DNA of 64,000 nucleotides from the human T2T-CHM13v2.0 reference genome, Homo sapiens (GCF_009914755.1 NC_060942.1); one strand, 5' to 3'. Counted from the stretch's first letter, positions 25,186 through 39,579 are shown. Translations and numbers: made by a program. The notes: generated by a model not told the origin, from the letters alone.

Positions 25186-25509
25186 TTCCGTGTCAGTGCA
25201 GGTTCATTAGTGTTGATGGTCATACCCTCTGGCGGAAGATGTTGCTCATGGGGGAGGCTGTCTGTATGTGGAGACGTTAGGTACATGGTAACTCCCTGTA
25301 CTTATTGCTGAATTTTGTTCTAAACCTAAAAGTGCTCTAAACAAATAAAATCTATTACAGACAGTAATTGTGGGTAAATAGGCATTGTGAGGGAAGGTGA
25401 TTATGACATATAGTTTGGTGGGGTATGAAAATGCTTGTGGGGAACGTTAAATTAAGTAGCTGGCAAACAGGGATGAGAATGGAGAGGGCAGCCATGTATA
25501 CTGGGGGAC

Positions 25510-25715
25510 TGCAGTGTGTGGTAGTGGTAGGCTGGTTAGTCTGTGTTCCACAAGGTGCAAGTCCTGGTTTGTAATATGGCCAGCTTCCAAGGTGTAAACA
25601 TTCCCACTATGGCTGATTTCGAGCTACCAATCTTGCCATTTCTGAACACAGAATAGGGAACGGATGTGCGCAACTGACTCTTGCAAACCAGGATGAGTTG
25701 ACTCCAACACACTGC
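25510..25715 (-). mobile_element. MER63-family hAT MITE
   Basis: ggtgtaaacattcccactatggctgatttcgagctaccaa...ctgaacacagaatagggaa...gactccaacacactg. Confidence 0.75.
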
Positions 25716-28700
25716 AGTGTGTGATGCAAAACCTCTCCTTAAATCTGCATCTCAATTTTCATTGCTCATTCAAGTTTTGGAATGGGATTCCTTGGAAGGC
25801 ATAGGAGCGAGAGCAGAGTTAACAGGAAGTTGACAGGCAGCCAGTGCAATCTGCCCAAGTGGGCCAGTCACATGGCGGTCACAGCAGAGGAGGACTTAGC
25901 GCTAAAGCACTTTCATCTTGAGTTATGATTGCTTCAAAAATAAAAATCTAGCATTGTCAAAACACTTTACTTTCATCACCCACAAAAAATGTTTCTTGTT
26001 AGAAGAAAAATAGATGTACTGTTTTTATAGTAGGCTGTTTTATGATGTCAAAAATAATAAACCACATACAAAAATAAAATAAAATGAAATTCTACCCTTT
26101 GGTTTTAACTTGCAAATTCCTTTGTCACAAACTTTCAACTTTTCAGTCAGTTAACAAGTTTGAAAAATAATATAGTTAAAAATTAGAATGAAACCTAAGT
26201 CTGTTAAAAATGACAATTATACATTGTAAGAATGCATAATTTACATTTTGAAAGCTATGGATTAGATTGATCAAATAATAATTTTATCTTATATCTTTAT
26301 CATTTATAGATATTATAATATTTATTTTGCAGTCATTTATATACTGATGTCCACTCTAAGATATAGTATTCTAATTGTTTTGTAAATAGAAGTTATTTAA
26401 TTGATTACATGGATGTAGACTGAAGTTTAAAATGTAGAAAATTTTTATATAGTTGAGTAAATCCTGATGACATGACAGAGTAAGAAAAGATCAACAGCTT
26501 GTAAGTAAAGCTATTTTGTTAAATTCCAGAATCTTCACATGCCTGAAATTAACCTCAGAGAAAGAGACATGGAGTCCAGATATTTTCCCTTTTTTTTCTT
26601 TTTCTTAAACTTGATGGCAAGAACAGATTTTTAAAATTATTCTTAATATCATAGTGTGTCTCTAAGTGACATAAAAGAAAACCCAGAGTAAGGCATCTAA
26701 TACCAGCTGTACCTAGAACCGCATGCTACTGACAATAATAAGTCTAATAATTTCCACTTCTCTACTACCTACTACATGCCAATAAATGCAGTTCAATTCT
26801 CATGAAAGATTAGACTATCCTTGATGTCTCCATCCCTGTTTTTGACTTCATTGTGATCATTCACCTTTATCACATTATCACACCACTCTGATAACTCTGA
26901 CGAGAGTTAGCACTGATGTCTTACTATGAAATTCAATCCAGGTTTCTACTTTTCAATGGCTCTTTCCTTCATTTGATAGCGATGTTTGTCTGAAATGTTT
27001 TTTCTTGGTTTCTGATCTCCTCCTACCCAGCATCTACTTCTTTGGTCTCCTTTGCAGGTTATGTAAAAGTTCTTGTTCCTTTGCCAGGGGTGCTCCTAAG
27101 TGTTCCACCATTGATCTACTTCCCCTCTCTATACACCGGCACTCCATGGACATTCTAACTTTACTTTCTAATGAAAATGAGTTGTTGAGAATCAGAAATA
27201 CGTTGAATAGAAAATTGCTTTGTTTTCCAATAAGGACAAAATAAGCTTAATGGTCTCTGAAAACAAGAAATAAAGAGACAAATAATTGCTTCATCTTGTT
27301 GAGGGTAGTCATCTCTGAAATTGGATAAAATAAAACAAGGAATCAGCTGGTCCTTACGATTATTATCATGTTGAAAATTAACAAAAGAATATTAACAAAG
27401 AAGTGGAATACGCAGAGCCTATGGAAGCCAATCTCTTTATTTCAGACATAAATATTCTCTGTAAATTCATTGATTCATGCTAATATTATTTTTTAATATT
27501 GAAATTAGCTCTAATATGTCTGTGAACTACCCAACATTCACATTGAACTACTAATTAATTATAGCCTGACTAGGAACACCTAGGGATTTACTCCCATAGA
27601 AAAAACTAAAATGATGAAAAATAATTTTTTGGTAAATATTGCTTTAATAACTGCAACGATATCCAACTACAATGAAGAGAATTAATGTTAGTGAACTTGA
27701 GATACACAAATTATTTTCAGTATTGAAGTTCATTTGTGGGTCTGCTTGAAAGTACTGCTGTCACTGATAAGAAAAAAAGCTTTATACTACTTGAGAGAAT
27801 ATATTTGAAAATTTTAATATTAATGGTTGATACATTTAGCAAATATTAAAAATTACAACTGGAAGAAATTCCGAACAGTGTTTTAGAAAGCAAAATATCT
27901 TCCACATTTCTATAGGATATTCACAAGAAAAACTGTTCAACTCATCATACAGACTTAATATTTCTTTGACAAAACACAATGTTCTTTTACTAAGTAATAG
28001 AAGCTCAGGTTGCATTATGTTCATTTGTTTTATACCGAAGTCTTCCAAACAAGTTTAAAAGCACTATCTGAAAAGGAAGTATGTCTTCTCTTTATTTTTA
28101 TAGCCCACCATATTCACTACAATAATATCTAGTACAATGCTTCAGGCATTGAATAGTTTACTAGCAAAAAAAATGTAAATTCGACTTTTGCTTTGTATTT
28201 TGTGAGTTGTATACCCAGAAAGGCCTCCTGAGTTTAACTCGAATAAACCCTTAAAAATTTTAATGAGAACAAATTAGTTTTACAAATGCACATACAGATT
28301 GAACATAAAATCAACTGTCTTTGGGACATCATGTCCACAGACACATAATTAATTATAGCCATGAAATACAATATAAATAATGCACATTCACATTTTTCAC
28401 ATTTTGAAATGAAAGTGCAGACATATTTAATTCATTTTACCTGACAACCCAGAACCGTCCAAATCAAATACAGGCCTTGTTATTACAGAGCAATCAAGTC
28501 TCTAATTAGGGCTGGCATTTCACCCATATCTTCCTGTCATTACCATGGCAGCTTGTGCTTTTGACAGCCTCAGAAAAAGCTGGGTGGGAAAAAAAAAACC
28601 AGGGAGGAAAATGACTATTTTTATAAACGGAAGAACTTCTACAGTAGAAGTGTAATTAAACCAAAAAGTTCTTTAAATTATGCAAATTTCAAAAGACAAA

Positions 28701-28809
28701 CTTATATAGACAACCACAAACAAGTAAAAAGATGTTAAAGGGGAATTGTGCACTTTCCTTTAATCAAAGCACGAGGGTCAGAGCCAGTAATCTTTTAAAA
28801 TTATTATTT

Positions 28810-29129
<320 letters not shown>

Positions 29130-29159
29130 TAATTATTATTTTTATGAACAAATGTCCAA

Positions 29160-29620
29160 CCCTATTTTCCCAAATTAGAGGTCTCTTCTAAACTCTGCCC
29201 TGTATTTCCAGTTTCCCCCTAAATATCTTAATTTATGTATTTATTTTACACCTAAAATTCAGCATGCCAAAACTGCTATTACTCTGGCTACTCCTAAGTC
29301 AACCTCTAGTGTTCCCTTGTTCAAGAAATGGCACCCAACTTCCTCCCACACAACTACTCTTGAAACTTTAAACTCAATTGGATTGATCCACTCAGTCATC
29401 AATCCAAGGATATCCCAGCTCTCCAATACCGCACTCTAATTGTTCCCTATATCTCGTCTGCTGGCACTGCTCTATCACACGTTCTTGTTAGCTCTTCTCT
29501 GGATGATGCAAGGGCCTCTCAAATACCCAAACTGAAGCTGAAGTTCCATCCAGCCCACCCTGCAGTCACCTCACTGAAAACGCAATCTGTCTCCCACAAA
29601 CTGTTGATTCTTCTTGTGCC
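29160..29620 (+). mobile_element. L2 fragment
   Basis: cacctaaaattcagcatgccaaaactg, aatggcaccca, ctcttctctggatgatgcaagggcctc. Confidence 0.6.
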
Positions 29621-30582
29621 CTAAAGAAAAAAGAAAGGAAAACCTAAACTGTCCTGGGTATAGAAAACCAAGTTAAGTTCTATTTAATGAAAGGAAAAAG
29701 TGAGGAGGGTTCCAAGCCTGGAGGAAAAATAACAAAGTTCAATGCAATGTTTCCAAAACTAATTTGACCACAAAATCTTTTTTTTTTCCAAGTAGACATA
29801 CCAGTATTTAGAGCAAGATGGATTGGGATAGGATGGTATATATATTTACTCTGAGATCTATAACTTGAGAAGCTTCTCTTGATTCATGTATCAGTAGAAT
29901 TTGGGATATGTCTAGAAGAAAGAAAGGGGAGGATTTCAACAGGCAAATTAGGGGAGAAGGCAGTTCTAGAGAAAAACACTAAGAATTTAGACAGGGAGAA
30001 GTATGCATGTTTTAAGGAAGTATTATTTGCCAACAAGGATATTCATTACTTTTGTGACTGATTTTTTCATATTGCAAATTCTTTTCTAATTGCAGATAAT
30101 AGGAATTGCACTTTGGAGGACCTGGACCAAATCTTTCCTGCTGAATGCATATCGGCCCCTTTGGGCAGTTCACCGTCACTAGTGCAGGTAGGAGCTGAGA
30201 TAACTGAAGCCAATATGAGATATTTCCCTTTGGTATGACTTGGAAACTTATTTCATGACATGAAACAAGAACAGCTTGACATTGCCATGATGATGCAGCC
30301 ATTAAGAAAAGATCAAAATATGAAATCATTTTTCAAATACCAAACAATATGCACAGCTGTCATTTCTCACCCTCCATCTCTAATCCTAACTAACCCTAAG
30401 GTGATCTAGACCCAGGGGAATCGGAAACAGAAATCGGGTGTGGCAGAATGTGTTTCTCACAGTGCTTGGTACTTCCTTAAAGCTGAAATTATTTTTGTAT
30501 TAAGTCAAACTCAAAATGGCTCCACATCCAATGATAGAGCCATTCACATTAAATTTACTGTCCCAAAGCAGAGGTTTCCCAA

Positions 30583-30947
30583 TGTATTACTTCGTTCCCA
30601 TGTTGCTAATAAATGCATGCCCAAGACTGGGTAATTTATAAAGAAAACAGGTTGGATTGACTCAGTTCAGCATGGCTAAGGAGGCCTCAGGAAACTTACA
30701 ATCATGGCAGAGGGGGAAGCAAACATGTCCTTCTTCACATAGCGATGGTGGTAGTCAGAAGCAAAGGGTAGTGGGGGAGCCCCTTATGAAACCATCAGAT
30801 CTCATGAGAACTTACTATCACGAGAAGAGCATGGAGGTAACCATCCCCATGATTCAATTACCCCCCACCGGGTCTCATGACACATTGGGATTATGGGAAC
30901 TACAGTTCACTATGAGATTTGGGAGGGGACACAGCCAAACCCTATCA
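30583..30947 (-). mobile_element. THE1D-like MaLR solo LTR
   Basis: tgtatta...ccaagactgggtaatttataaag...aagcaaacatgtccttcttcacat...ggacacagccaaaccctatca; TSD cccaa/ccaaa. Confidence 0.92.
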
Positions 30948-31029
30948 CCAAATGTTAATTATTCTTAGTTCTTAAAGTGCCCCATTTTATCTTGGGGGTG
31001 AACATGATATTAGTTACAACCAACCAAAA

Positions 31030-31215
31030 GACTGCCAAGTCTGAGGCACTGTGCTCAATTCTGTGTGTATATCACCTCATTTAATCTTCTCAATGGCTTG
31101 TATTTGACAAATGAGGACTGAAGCACAGAATGTCGCACAATTTGCCCATGGTCTTGTATGTCGGAAATCATGGGGTTAAGACAGAACCTGACTTCAGAGC
31201 TCCTGCCCTTAACCA
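31030..31215 (-). mobile_element. MIR fragment
   Basis: aggcactgtgct...cctcatttaatcttctcaa...acaaatgaggactgaagcacaga...ttgcccatggtc...ctgacttcagagc. Confidence 0.75.
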
Positions 31216-32309
31216 CATAGAGATAATATTCTCTATCTGTGTCCTGTAAACACTTGACTAAATCCTTCCACATCTCTAAGCCCAAACTTTCATTAATAAA
31301 ACAAGGCTTATTTTGCCTGCACAAGATATCACAATAATATGCCCTCAGTACAATATCAATGCAAAGCCTAGTAATAACAAAAAATTGAACCAGATATAGT
31401 AAGGAACTGCCAGCCTTGGTAACACAATTTTATCTCATGCTTAGCTCCACTGATGCTGGGTTGCACACGTGGGAAGCTGAGGATGATGTCTGTGTAAAAT
31501 GGCTGCACACTAATACTGTCTAGTAATTCCTCTGCAATATCCTAATATGTAGAAATGTCAAACTTGATTTTCATAGCGCCTGATCAGTTCTACTGCTGGT
31601 AAAACAGAAATATAGTCCATATTTTTTCTCTAACTTTGAGATTCATTTAATATAACCGTTCTGCCTGCCTTTCATGTCTCTTTATGTTTCTGGCTGAACA
31701 GCTGCTAAACATCATGGCCTCAAACGTGTTAGCTTCAATTGAATTACAGCAGGAGGAACACTTGAAGCAAAGAGGAATCAGCTAGGACAGCAGGGAGAAA
31801 TTTCCTACAGCGTAAGACACACAAATTCTAAGAAATTCTTAAGGTCAAGTATCGCCTTCAGAGTGAGAGAAGATCTCTAATTTCTATGACTGAGTCTGCA
31901 ACTGTTTTGATTTTGTAGGGGGCGAGGAACCTGGTGTCATCTGTCACCTGACTGCCCAGCTCTGTATCATGGTCCAGGGAACCACTCTGAATTTGAAGAG
32001 AACATTCCTCACCAAAGTCCTCCTCAGTTTTTATTTATTTACTTGTGTGTTTTTTTTTCTTGTCTGTCTGCTTGTTTATTTTCCTCCAAAACCAGAAAAT
32101 TTAACCTAAAACTCTAAGACTGGTGAAGAATGTGCTGACAACCATAGCAGATAAATATGTGCATGCTTAGAATGCTCTCCATATACTTAAATACTTGAAA
32201 AATAAAAGAAGAGCAAACATGCAGGAAAAGTAAATAGCTTGAAACTAGACGAACATTTCAGCAAGGTCAACATGTTAGTTAGTGTCTATCTAATACCGTT
32301 TGTTTAATA

Positions 32310-32760
32310 GACAAGAGCTTGACGGAGCACTGTGGTGTGCTGGTGCCTCACTTCACTTCGTCTTTCTTATCTGCCAACGGAGACATGCCTGTTTCAAAAC
32401 ATCGCTGCTATTTCAAAATAATCAGCAGCAGGACACGCCGCTCATCCAGATGCCTGGTGGTGTTTGCTTGTCGGTCAAGAGTCATTTGTGAAGAAACGCT
32501 GTAATGCCAAGGACGAGGATGTGAGCAGAGCCAGCCGCACACCGAACTGTGATCCAGCCGCTCCCTCCCACAGGAACGTCCCGCATCAAACGCGGAGGCG
32601 CTGCCATTGGTGACTGTTGAATACAGTAATTCCTGACATTTTAACCTCGCTTATCCAAATGCCCACATTTCCGTTGGATGAGGTGTTATGGGAGTATCTT
32701 TAGCTGCATGTTGCCATAATTAAGGCCTCTGGCAAACGCTAGACATTAGCACGCGGAGCA
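32310..32760. promoter_or_regulatory. CpG-retaining unique patch, candidate regulatory element
   Basis: About 22 CpGs in ~450 bp by manual count, far above the surrounding sequence; no repeat recognised. Function is inferred. Confidence 0.4.
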
Positions 32761-33178
32761 CCAGTGAGGAAGATGGAGTGAGGAAGATGGAGCTGCATCA
32801 TTTCCTCATAGCTGGCTCGAGTTTCAAATTCCCTTATTGTGTCTATTATTCTCCATAAGCCTTTATACGCTTCATTACTTTAGACCCTTTTAATACTGCC
32901 TGTAATACAAGGTTAAATCTAGCTTTTCAGGCCACATTAAATCTTATTTTAAACACCCTGTTGTTAGAAGTCATGGATCACCATTATACTAGACCATTCA
33001 CAGCATTATAGTTAAGGTTTGAGTTGCAGCTTCTGTTGGGAGAAAAAAAAAAAGCTCTATTAATTAAGGACTTGTAAACGAGTTATAGAAAATTCCTTCA
33101 AACTAAACATTGATATAAAAGTTCTCTCACAAAACTAGGGAAGATTTGGAAATTAAAATGTTGCAAGGGGACTATCAT

Positions 33179-33395
33179 TGTGTTAGTCTGCTCAGGCTGC
33201 CATAACAAAATACCATAGACAGGGCAGCTTAAACAGCAGCAATTTCTTTCTCACAATTCTGGAGTCTAGGAAGTCCAAGACCAGGGTGCCAGGAAGGTAG
33301 TTTCATCCTGAGACCTCTTTTCTTGGCTCAAAGGAGCCTGCCGTTTCACTGTGTTTTCTCCAGACCTCTTGTTTTTGCACACCTGAAGAGGGAGG

Positions 33396-33427
<32 letters not shown>

Positions 33428-33579
33428 AAGCTCTCTCCTGTCCCTGCCCATCAGACCATCATGGCGTCATCTGACTCTAGTCACTTCCCAAAGATTCCAT
33501 CTCCAAATACCATTACGTTTTGGAATAAGGGATTCAACCTGTGAATATTGGGAGGGACATAGGCGTTCAGTCTATAACA
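33179..33579 (-). mobile_element. MLT1A-type MaLR solo LTR with internal (GA)n
   Basis: tgtgttagtctgctcaggctgccataacaaaataccatagac ... ttcagtctataaca; flanks atcat/attgt are consistent with a CpG-decayed atcgt TSD. Confidence 0.88.
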
Positions 33580-34041
33580 ATTGTATAATAGTTCTCTACT
33601 ACAAATTGCTTCATATAGATTTTTTTTAAATCTTGGACTTCTGGATGTAGTTGCAGCAGATGTTAAGGTACCTGATAGACCTATTTCATTATCGGTTGCG
33701 CTCCAATGTGGGGGTGGGGGACAAGATCTGATCCAAGTGCAGGCTTTGGAGGGGAGAAGCAAGGAGATTCACTGATTGTAGAGAATTTAAAGCCAACAAT
33801 TAGCAGACTGCCTGCTTTTTATTAACATCATGAAATGGCAATTCTAAATAAGGTCAGTGATAAGTTATACCTCCCTTAGGAGAAAAAAATGATCTAAGTT
33901 TTAAATGTGATTACTACTGAATTTTAAAAACTCATGTATAAGCTACAAATTAACATATTTTTATTATTCTTCTTTAGTAAACATGATGGTCTACCTGGAA
34001 GTTAAATTTAGGGACTTTCCAGTTAAATGATCATTTTCTGA

Positions 34042-34363
<322 letters not shown>

Positions 34364-35843
34364 TAGTAGCTCAGAATGGTACGAGCTTCCTGTGGATGCG
34401 TTTTATGGACTCTCTGCTGCCTCACCATCTAGTGCTGCATTTCAACAGTGTATTTAAGAACACAGTGTAGTGATGGGAAAGACTAAGAAACTGCATTTGT
34501 GTTGCTTCATTGTTGTCATTCTGTATGACCACTTGAAAATTTTTGTGTTTAAATTTTAATACACTGAAATAGAGTACTAATTGTGAGATGTGATATTTTT
34601 GTTTGATAAGTACAAATTCTAGTACAAACATAAAACATGCAGACAACATGTGACTGGATTTGAATATTAACTTTAAAATTGAAAGTGAGTGTTGTTTTAT
34701 GATTCTTCTTTTTTTCATCTTAAAACTAAAGAATGAAGAAAGAAAACAAAATCTTTCATCAACAGCATGATTTAGTAGCCAAATTGCTATATGGAGGAAG
34801 TAAGTATCAGGAAATGATTCACTCTGGGTGTCTAAGGCACTAGGAATGTCATTGTCATCAGTGTTTTTCAAATTATTGAATGTGACAAGGTGAATCTCTT
34901 TCACTAAAGGAAAAAAGACACAGGCTTCAGGCTAGCTTGATTCTCATCGCAATGAACTGACCTAAAGACCTGAGAGTCTTCCTGCTAATACAGTTGTCAC
35001 TGAATTTCCAAACAGATTTCTGTTAATGAGACATTTCTCCATAGCAGGAAAACCTACCTTGTAGCAATTTAGCCCTTTATGTGATCTGGATGTGGATATC
35101 TTAATATCTTGTCCTTTCTACCTAAAACACTCTCAGAATCCAACTCATGCAAGGATCAATCCAACACCTTAGGAGCCCAATCAAGGGGTCTGGCAAGGAA
35201 CTGAATGTCCTAGGCAACATGTAAATGGTTTAGTGTCCTCAGGCATCCAGATCGCCTTCTCTATAATGAGGATAGTGACAGTTGTCATTACCAGGGTTAC
35301 AACTGCAGGAAAGCTTAGCGAAGATTTCTCTAAACTGACACTGAGTCCTTAAAACTAAGCACATGTTTGCATAAGTATCAAACTGCACATTTTATGAAAA
35401 GTGTAAATATGAAAGAAACATGAGCCCTCACTCCTTTGTCTGGTTATTCAAATGATTGGGATAACTCATGTTTAGCACAGTAAGATTTTATTCCTGGAAA
35501 GAGCAAGAGTTAAAAACAAAATGGCAGTCCTGTAAAGATTAAAGCTGATAAAAAGATGTGAGACAGATACAAATCCCTTCAACTTTCAAAACCCTAAATG
35601 TTAAGCGCTACGACACAACCGTACCTTAGGAAATGTGAAGGTTAGAATGAAGATTGTAAACATGCCTTTTTATATACAAACATTTATGCATACAATCATT
35701 CATATAAATACCCATATCTTACGACATGTTTATGCGTGTGCATGAATACTCGGGAATACAGAAAAACTGATATATGGACACCATGATTTCTTTATTAGAC
35801 TGTCTTCAGAATGCTTCCTTACATGCTTCTGAAAAGATCAGGG

Positions 35844-36150
35844 TTTTTGTTTGTTTGTTTGTTTGTTTGTTTTAGACAGGGTCTCACTCTGTTACCTAGG
35901 CTGGAGTGCAGTGGCGCGATCATAGCTCACTGCAGCCTCGAACTCCCCACGCTCAAACAATCTTCCCACCTCAGCCTCTAAAGTAGCTGAGACTGCAAGT
36001 GTGCACCTCCACACCTGACTTGTTTTCATATTTTTTGTAGAAGTAGGGTTTCGCCATGTTGCCCAGGCTGATCTCAAACTGCAGGACTCAAGGGATCCTC
36101 CTGCCTTGTCCTCCCAATGTGCTGGGTGGCATGAGCCTCTGCATCTGCCC
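35844..36150 (-). mobile_element. AluJ SINE
   Basis: (TTTG)n tail; agacagggtctcactctg, gatcatagctcactgcagcctcgaact (J-type); gatcag flanks both ends. Confidence 0.93.
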
Positions 36151-36279
36151 GATCAGTTGTATTTAAAAGATACTTTGTTTGTAAAGCTGCCCCTAACTTC
36201 CATGTGGGAAGGGTGGGTATAAATTGTTGTGTGTTATGGTAGTATACACATACTAAGCTTCCTCCTGCATTCGAGACTA

Positions 36280-37160
36280 TTGATTGTGTCTTCCTCCATG
36301 AACCCATCTTCCTTTGTTAATTCTTCTCTTCTTTGTTCTTCATTGTGGGCTCCTCCTGCTTTTCCTTCTTCTTAAACACTTTTTCCTGAAAGTTTCACAG
36401 TCTTGCTCTTCTTCTCATCTAGTGTCGCACACTCTTTTCTGGAAATACTTTCATAGTTTTAGCTATCAACCCTATGCTAGCTAAACCTTTCTCTCCAACC
36501 TTGATCTTTCCACTAAATTTTAGATGTATATACACACACACACACAAACATATGTAATATACACATGCATATATAAATATACACATATCATATGTGTACA
36601 CATGTATTATATATAATATATACATGCACATATAAATATATACACATACATATATAATACATATGTGTTCATATGTGTACATATATACCGTATAATACAT
36701 ATGTGACATAAACATGTATATACATACACATGTAAATATAGACACTTATGGACACCTGCACTAGAAGTCAGTTGAAACCAGACTCATCATCTTTCCTCTG
36801 TATTTATTCTTCTGGTGTTTTGTTTCTCAGTTTCCTGTACCAGGGACCCATCCACCTCCCAGGGCAGAAATCTGGGACTCATGCCAAAGAACTCTCCTTC
36901 TTCCCCCTGCACCAACTCAATCACTGCACCTTAATACTTCAGCTCACCAACAGTCTCCAATGCCTTTCACTCTTTTCCCTTCCCACTACAACTGTCCTCA
37001 TTCCATCTTTGCATATCTCATGGACGATTGCAGTAGCTCAGTAACAGATCTTCTTGCCTCCCATCTTGTGCTCCTCAAACTCAAGTCACAAACACTCTGG
37101 AAGTATCTGACTACATGCAAATTGGTCATGGTAGTCTCTTGACTAACACTCTTAATTCTC
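36280..37160 (+). mobile_element. L2 fragment containing a degenerate (TA/CA)n tract
   Basis: ctctccaaccttgatctttcc, gtttctcagtt...accatccacct...gaaatctggga, atctcatggacgattgcagtagc. Confidence 0.6.
36526..36745. repeat. Degenerate alternating purine-pyrimidine (TA/CA/TG)n tract
   Basis: tgtatatacacacaca...catatgtgtacacatgtattatatata... Confidence 0.9.
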
Positions 37161-37169
37161 ATTGTCCAA

Positions 37170-37790
37170 AGCAACATTTCTTACAGAGGCAGTACCTGCA
37201 TGTGTGGAAATGGATGTGTGGGTCTGGGGCTGTCACAGTGATGGGCAGAAGGCTATGGCCGTGAGCAGCGAGGCCAAGGATGCAGATGTTCTGGGATGTG
37301 TGGGATGGCCCCACACACTTTGCCCGTCAACCCAAAGCACTCATACAGTTTTAATGTACACTGATTTTTCCAGGAATGCATCTACCTTGCATTGTGCTTT
37401 ATTCTAAAGGTGGCAAATGTTATTGATCATTTCAGAAAATTGCATCACTGTAATATTCCCATGCATCTGAGTCATCAACGTGGCACATGTCAGTCTGCAT
37501 TTGAAGTTGTCACACTTATTATTCTATGTTTAATTTAAACTTCTTATCATTTTATCATATTCCTTAATGAGGTTATATACAAACATTTACCTCCTTAAAT
37601 AGACATCATTTTATTATAAATTAATTTTTCTGTTATATTTCTTCATATTATAGTAAAAAGATTATATAAATGCTTAAATTTAAGTTACAGATAGATAGGT
37701 TATATGATCTGCAGATTTCAAGACAGTAAAAAGAGAATTATTAAACATTTAAGTAGAAGGAAATGTCTGGTAGGGATGAGAACCTCTGTC
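37170..37790. mobile_element. hAT-Charlie DNA transposon remnant (Charlie4/MER20B-like)
   Basis: ggctgtcacagtgatggg, gaggccaaggatgc, aatgtacactgatttttccaggaatgca, end gatgagaacctctg. Confidence 0.5.
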
Positions 37791-39579
37791 TTGCAGGATA
37801 ATGCCCCAGCCCATTAAGAGTAGATTGGACCCTGAATAAGCTGCCACCTACCTATCTGTCCAGACTCACCTCCTGCCAATAGCCAGGCAATCTCCTTTGA
37901 TTCGTAATTAAACTCCGGTAATACTGACTGCTAACAATTCTCCAACACAAAATGTATCTTTTATTACCTGCCTTCACTGAATGCTTTTAATGTTGCCTGG
38001 AAGACGTTTTCTCCACTCTTTCCCTTGGCCAGCTTCCATACCACCAGTGAGAGTCACCTCAGCAGAATGTCCAGGAGTTTTGCACATACAACCTTCTCAT
38101 ACCTGGTCCTGCAAGCTACAGTCTAGATCCCCGATGGAAATCCAGAAAATAGCTGTGGATTCCTACGTTGAAGCATAAACACACCATGAAAATATTCTGT
38201 TTAAAATGTCACCTTTCTCATAGATTGTAAATGCGTCTAGGGTGAAGCCTGCCTCATAGTCTGTGCTGTATGTCATACTTAACTTTAGTAGGGCATCAGT
38301 GCATGATAAACTGATCGTCCATTCATCAGATATATCAGAGTGCATGTGCTTATCTTTCCAATATACGGTGAGCCCTTTGGGAGTGGTGCCTGTGTTATGG
38401 ATCTTGTGATCACTGGTGCCTGGTGCAGGGCCTCACAGGGGGCAGATACGCATGCGCTGAATACAGGCAAGGGTGTGTGTGTGAATGAGTAAACAAGTGA
38501 GCAAATGTGAACTGTCATTAGGAAAAACATAATGACCATGAAGAATCTCTCATGTGACAAGGTGAGGGTTGTGGCAATCTCCTCAGCAACGTTCCGATTG
38601 GCAAAACCCATCCTACAAGATCCAGCCATGGCCCTTCGGAAGCTTGGAAGAAAGGATGCAACATGGCACAAGCTGAGGATGCATGCAGAGCCCCTCACTT
38701 CAGCTCTCTACGAATACAAGCAGCCTGAGCCTACTCAAAGAGAAACATTCATATTTGCAAACAGTCCCATCAGTACTGTCTATGCTATACTTCACATTAA
38801 CTGTCAAGACAAATGTAACCATAAAATGCATGAACTGTTTTTGTACTGAAGGTGACCCTTGCAAGGCCTGGAAGTTTGAGCTGCTTCAAGTATGTGGCAC
38901 CACGACTCCAAGAAAGTCCTGTGTGTGAAACAAAGATTCAGTGAAGGGGGAGTCAGAAGAAAGACATTGCAAGCAAGGAGATGTACAAGTGAATATGATG
39001 TGCCCAAATGAAAGCCACCCAGTGAGCAACCACAGAGAATGAGGAACCACTCACACAAGACTGTCTAAGTGGGAGACAACAACTGTGCACACATAACACT
39101 CAAGATCATCAATTCAAATAATTAACAACAAAAAAATCTGTATACCTTGTTGCCACTTGACTATTAGTTAATCTATTTACAGCAGCATCCTTATAAGGCC
39201 AAAATTAAACTTTGATATGGCCAGTTACCCAAAAACTCATCCACAGACAAACAAAAAACAATCGTTGACTCAAAGGAGCCATGTATAAGTCTGAGTATTG
39301 ATTAGAAAAAATGAAAAGTGCCACTGTAAGGACAACATCTAAGAATAATTTTCCCCCAATTGTGGATGAGTAATATTGGCTTTATAATGAGAAAGTCTAA
39401 TTGAGTGTTTTATTTGAGTATCATGCTGGTCAGACCATACCACTGATAGGTGACATTTTCTCATTGCAATCCAGCATTTTATTTTCAGGAATTATGTAAA
39501 TATAGACTAAAGTGCAAGAACCACTTAAAATAACTTGTAATCAAATAGTACTCCTGAGATTAGTAGAGATTATGTGCAT

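Larger units (their letters stand above)
23630..25357 (+). mobile_element. L1MC-type 3' end (ORF2 end and 3' UTR), interrupted by MADE1 and MSTA
   Basis: gaatgaaaagacaacctacagactgggagaaaatatttgcaaa, tgctggtgaggatgtggagcaataggaactc, end aacctaaaagtgctctaaacaaataaaatctatta. Confidence 0.9.

Noticed and set aside
34422-34904. 160-aa minus-strand ORF in unique AT-rich DNA
   Set aside because: Non-ATG start, composition driven by AT content, no domain or splice support.
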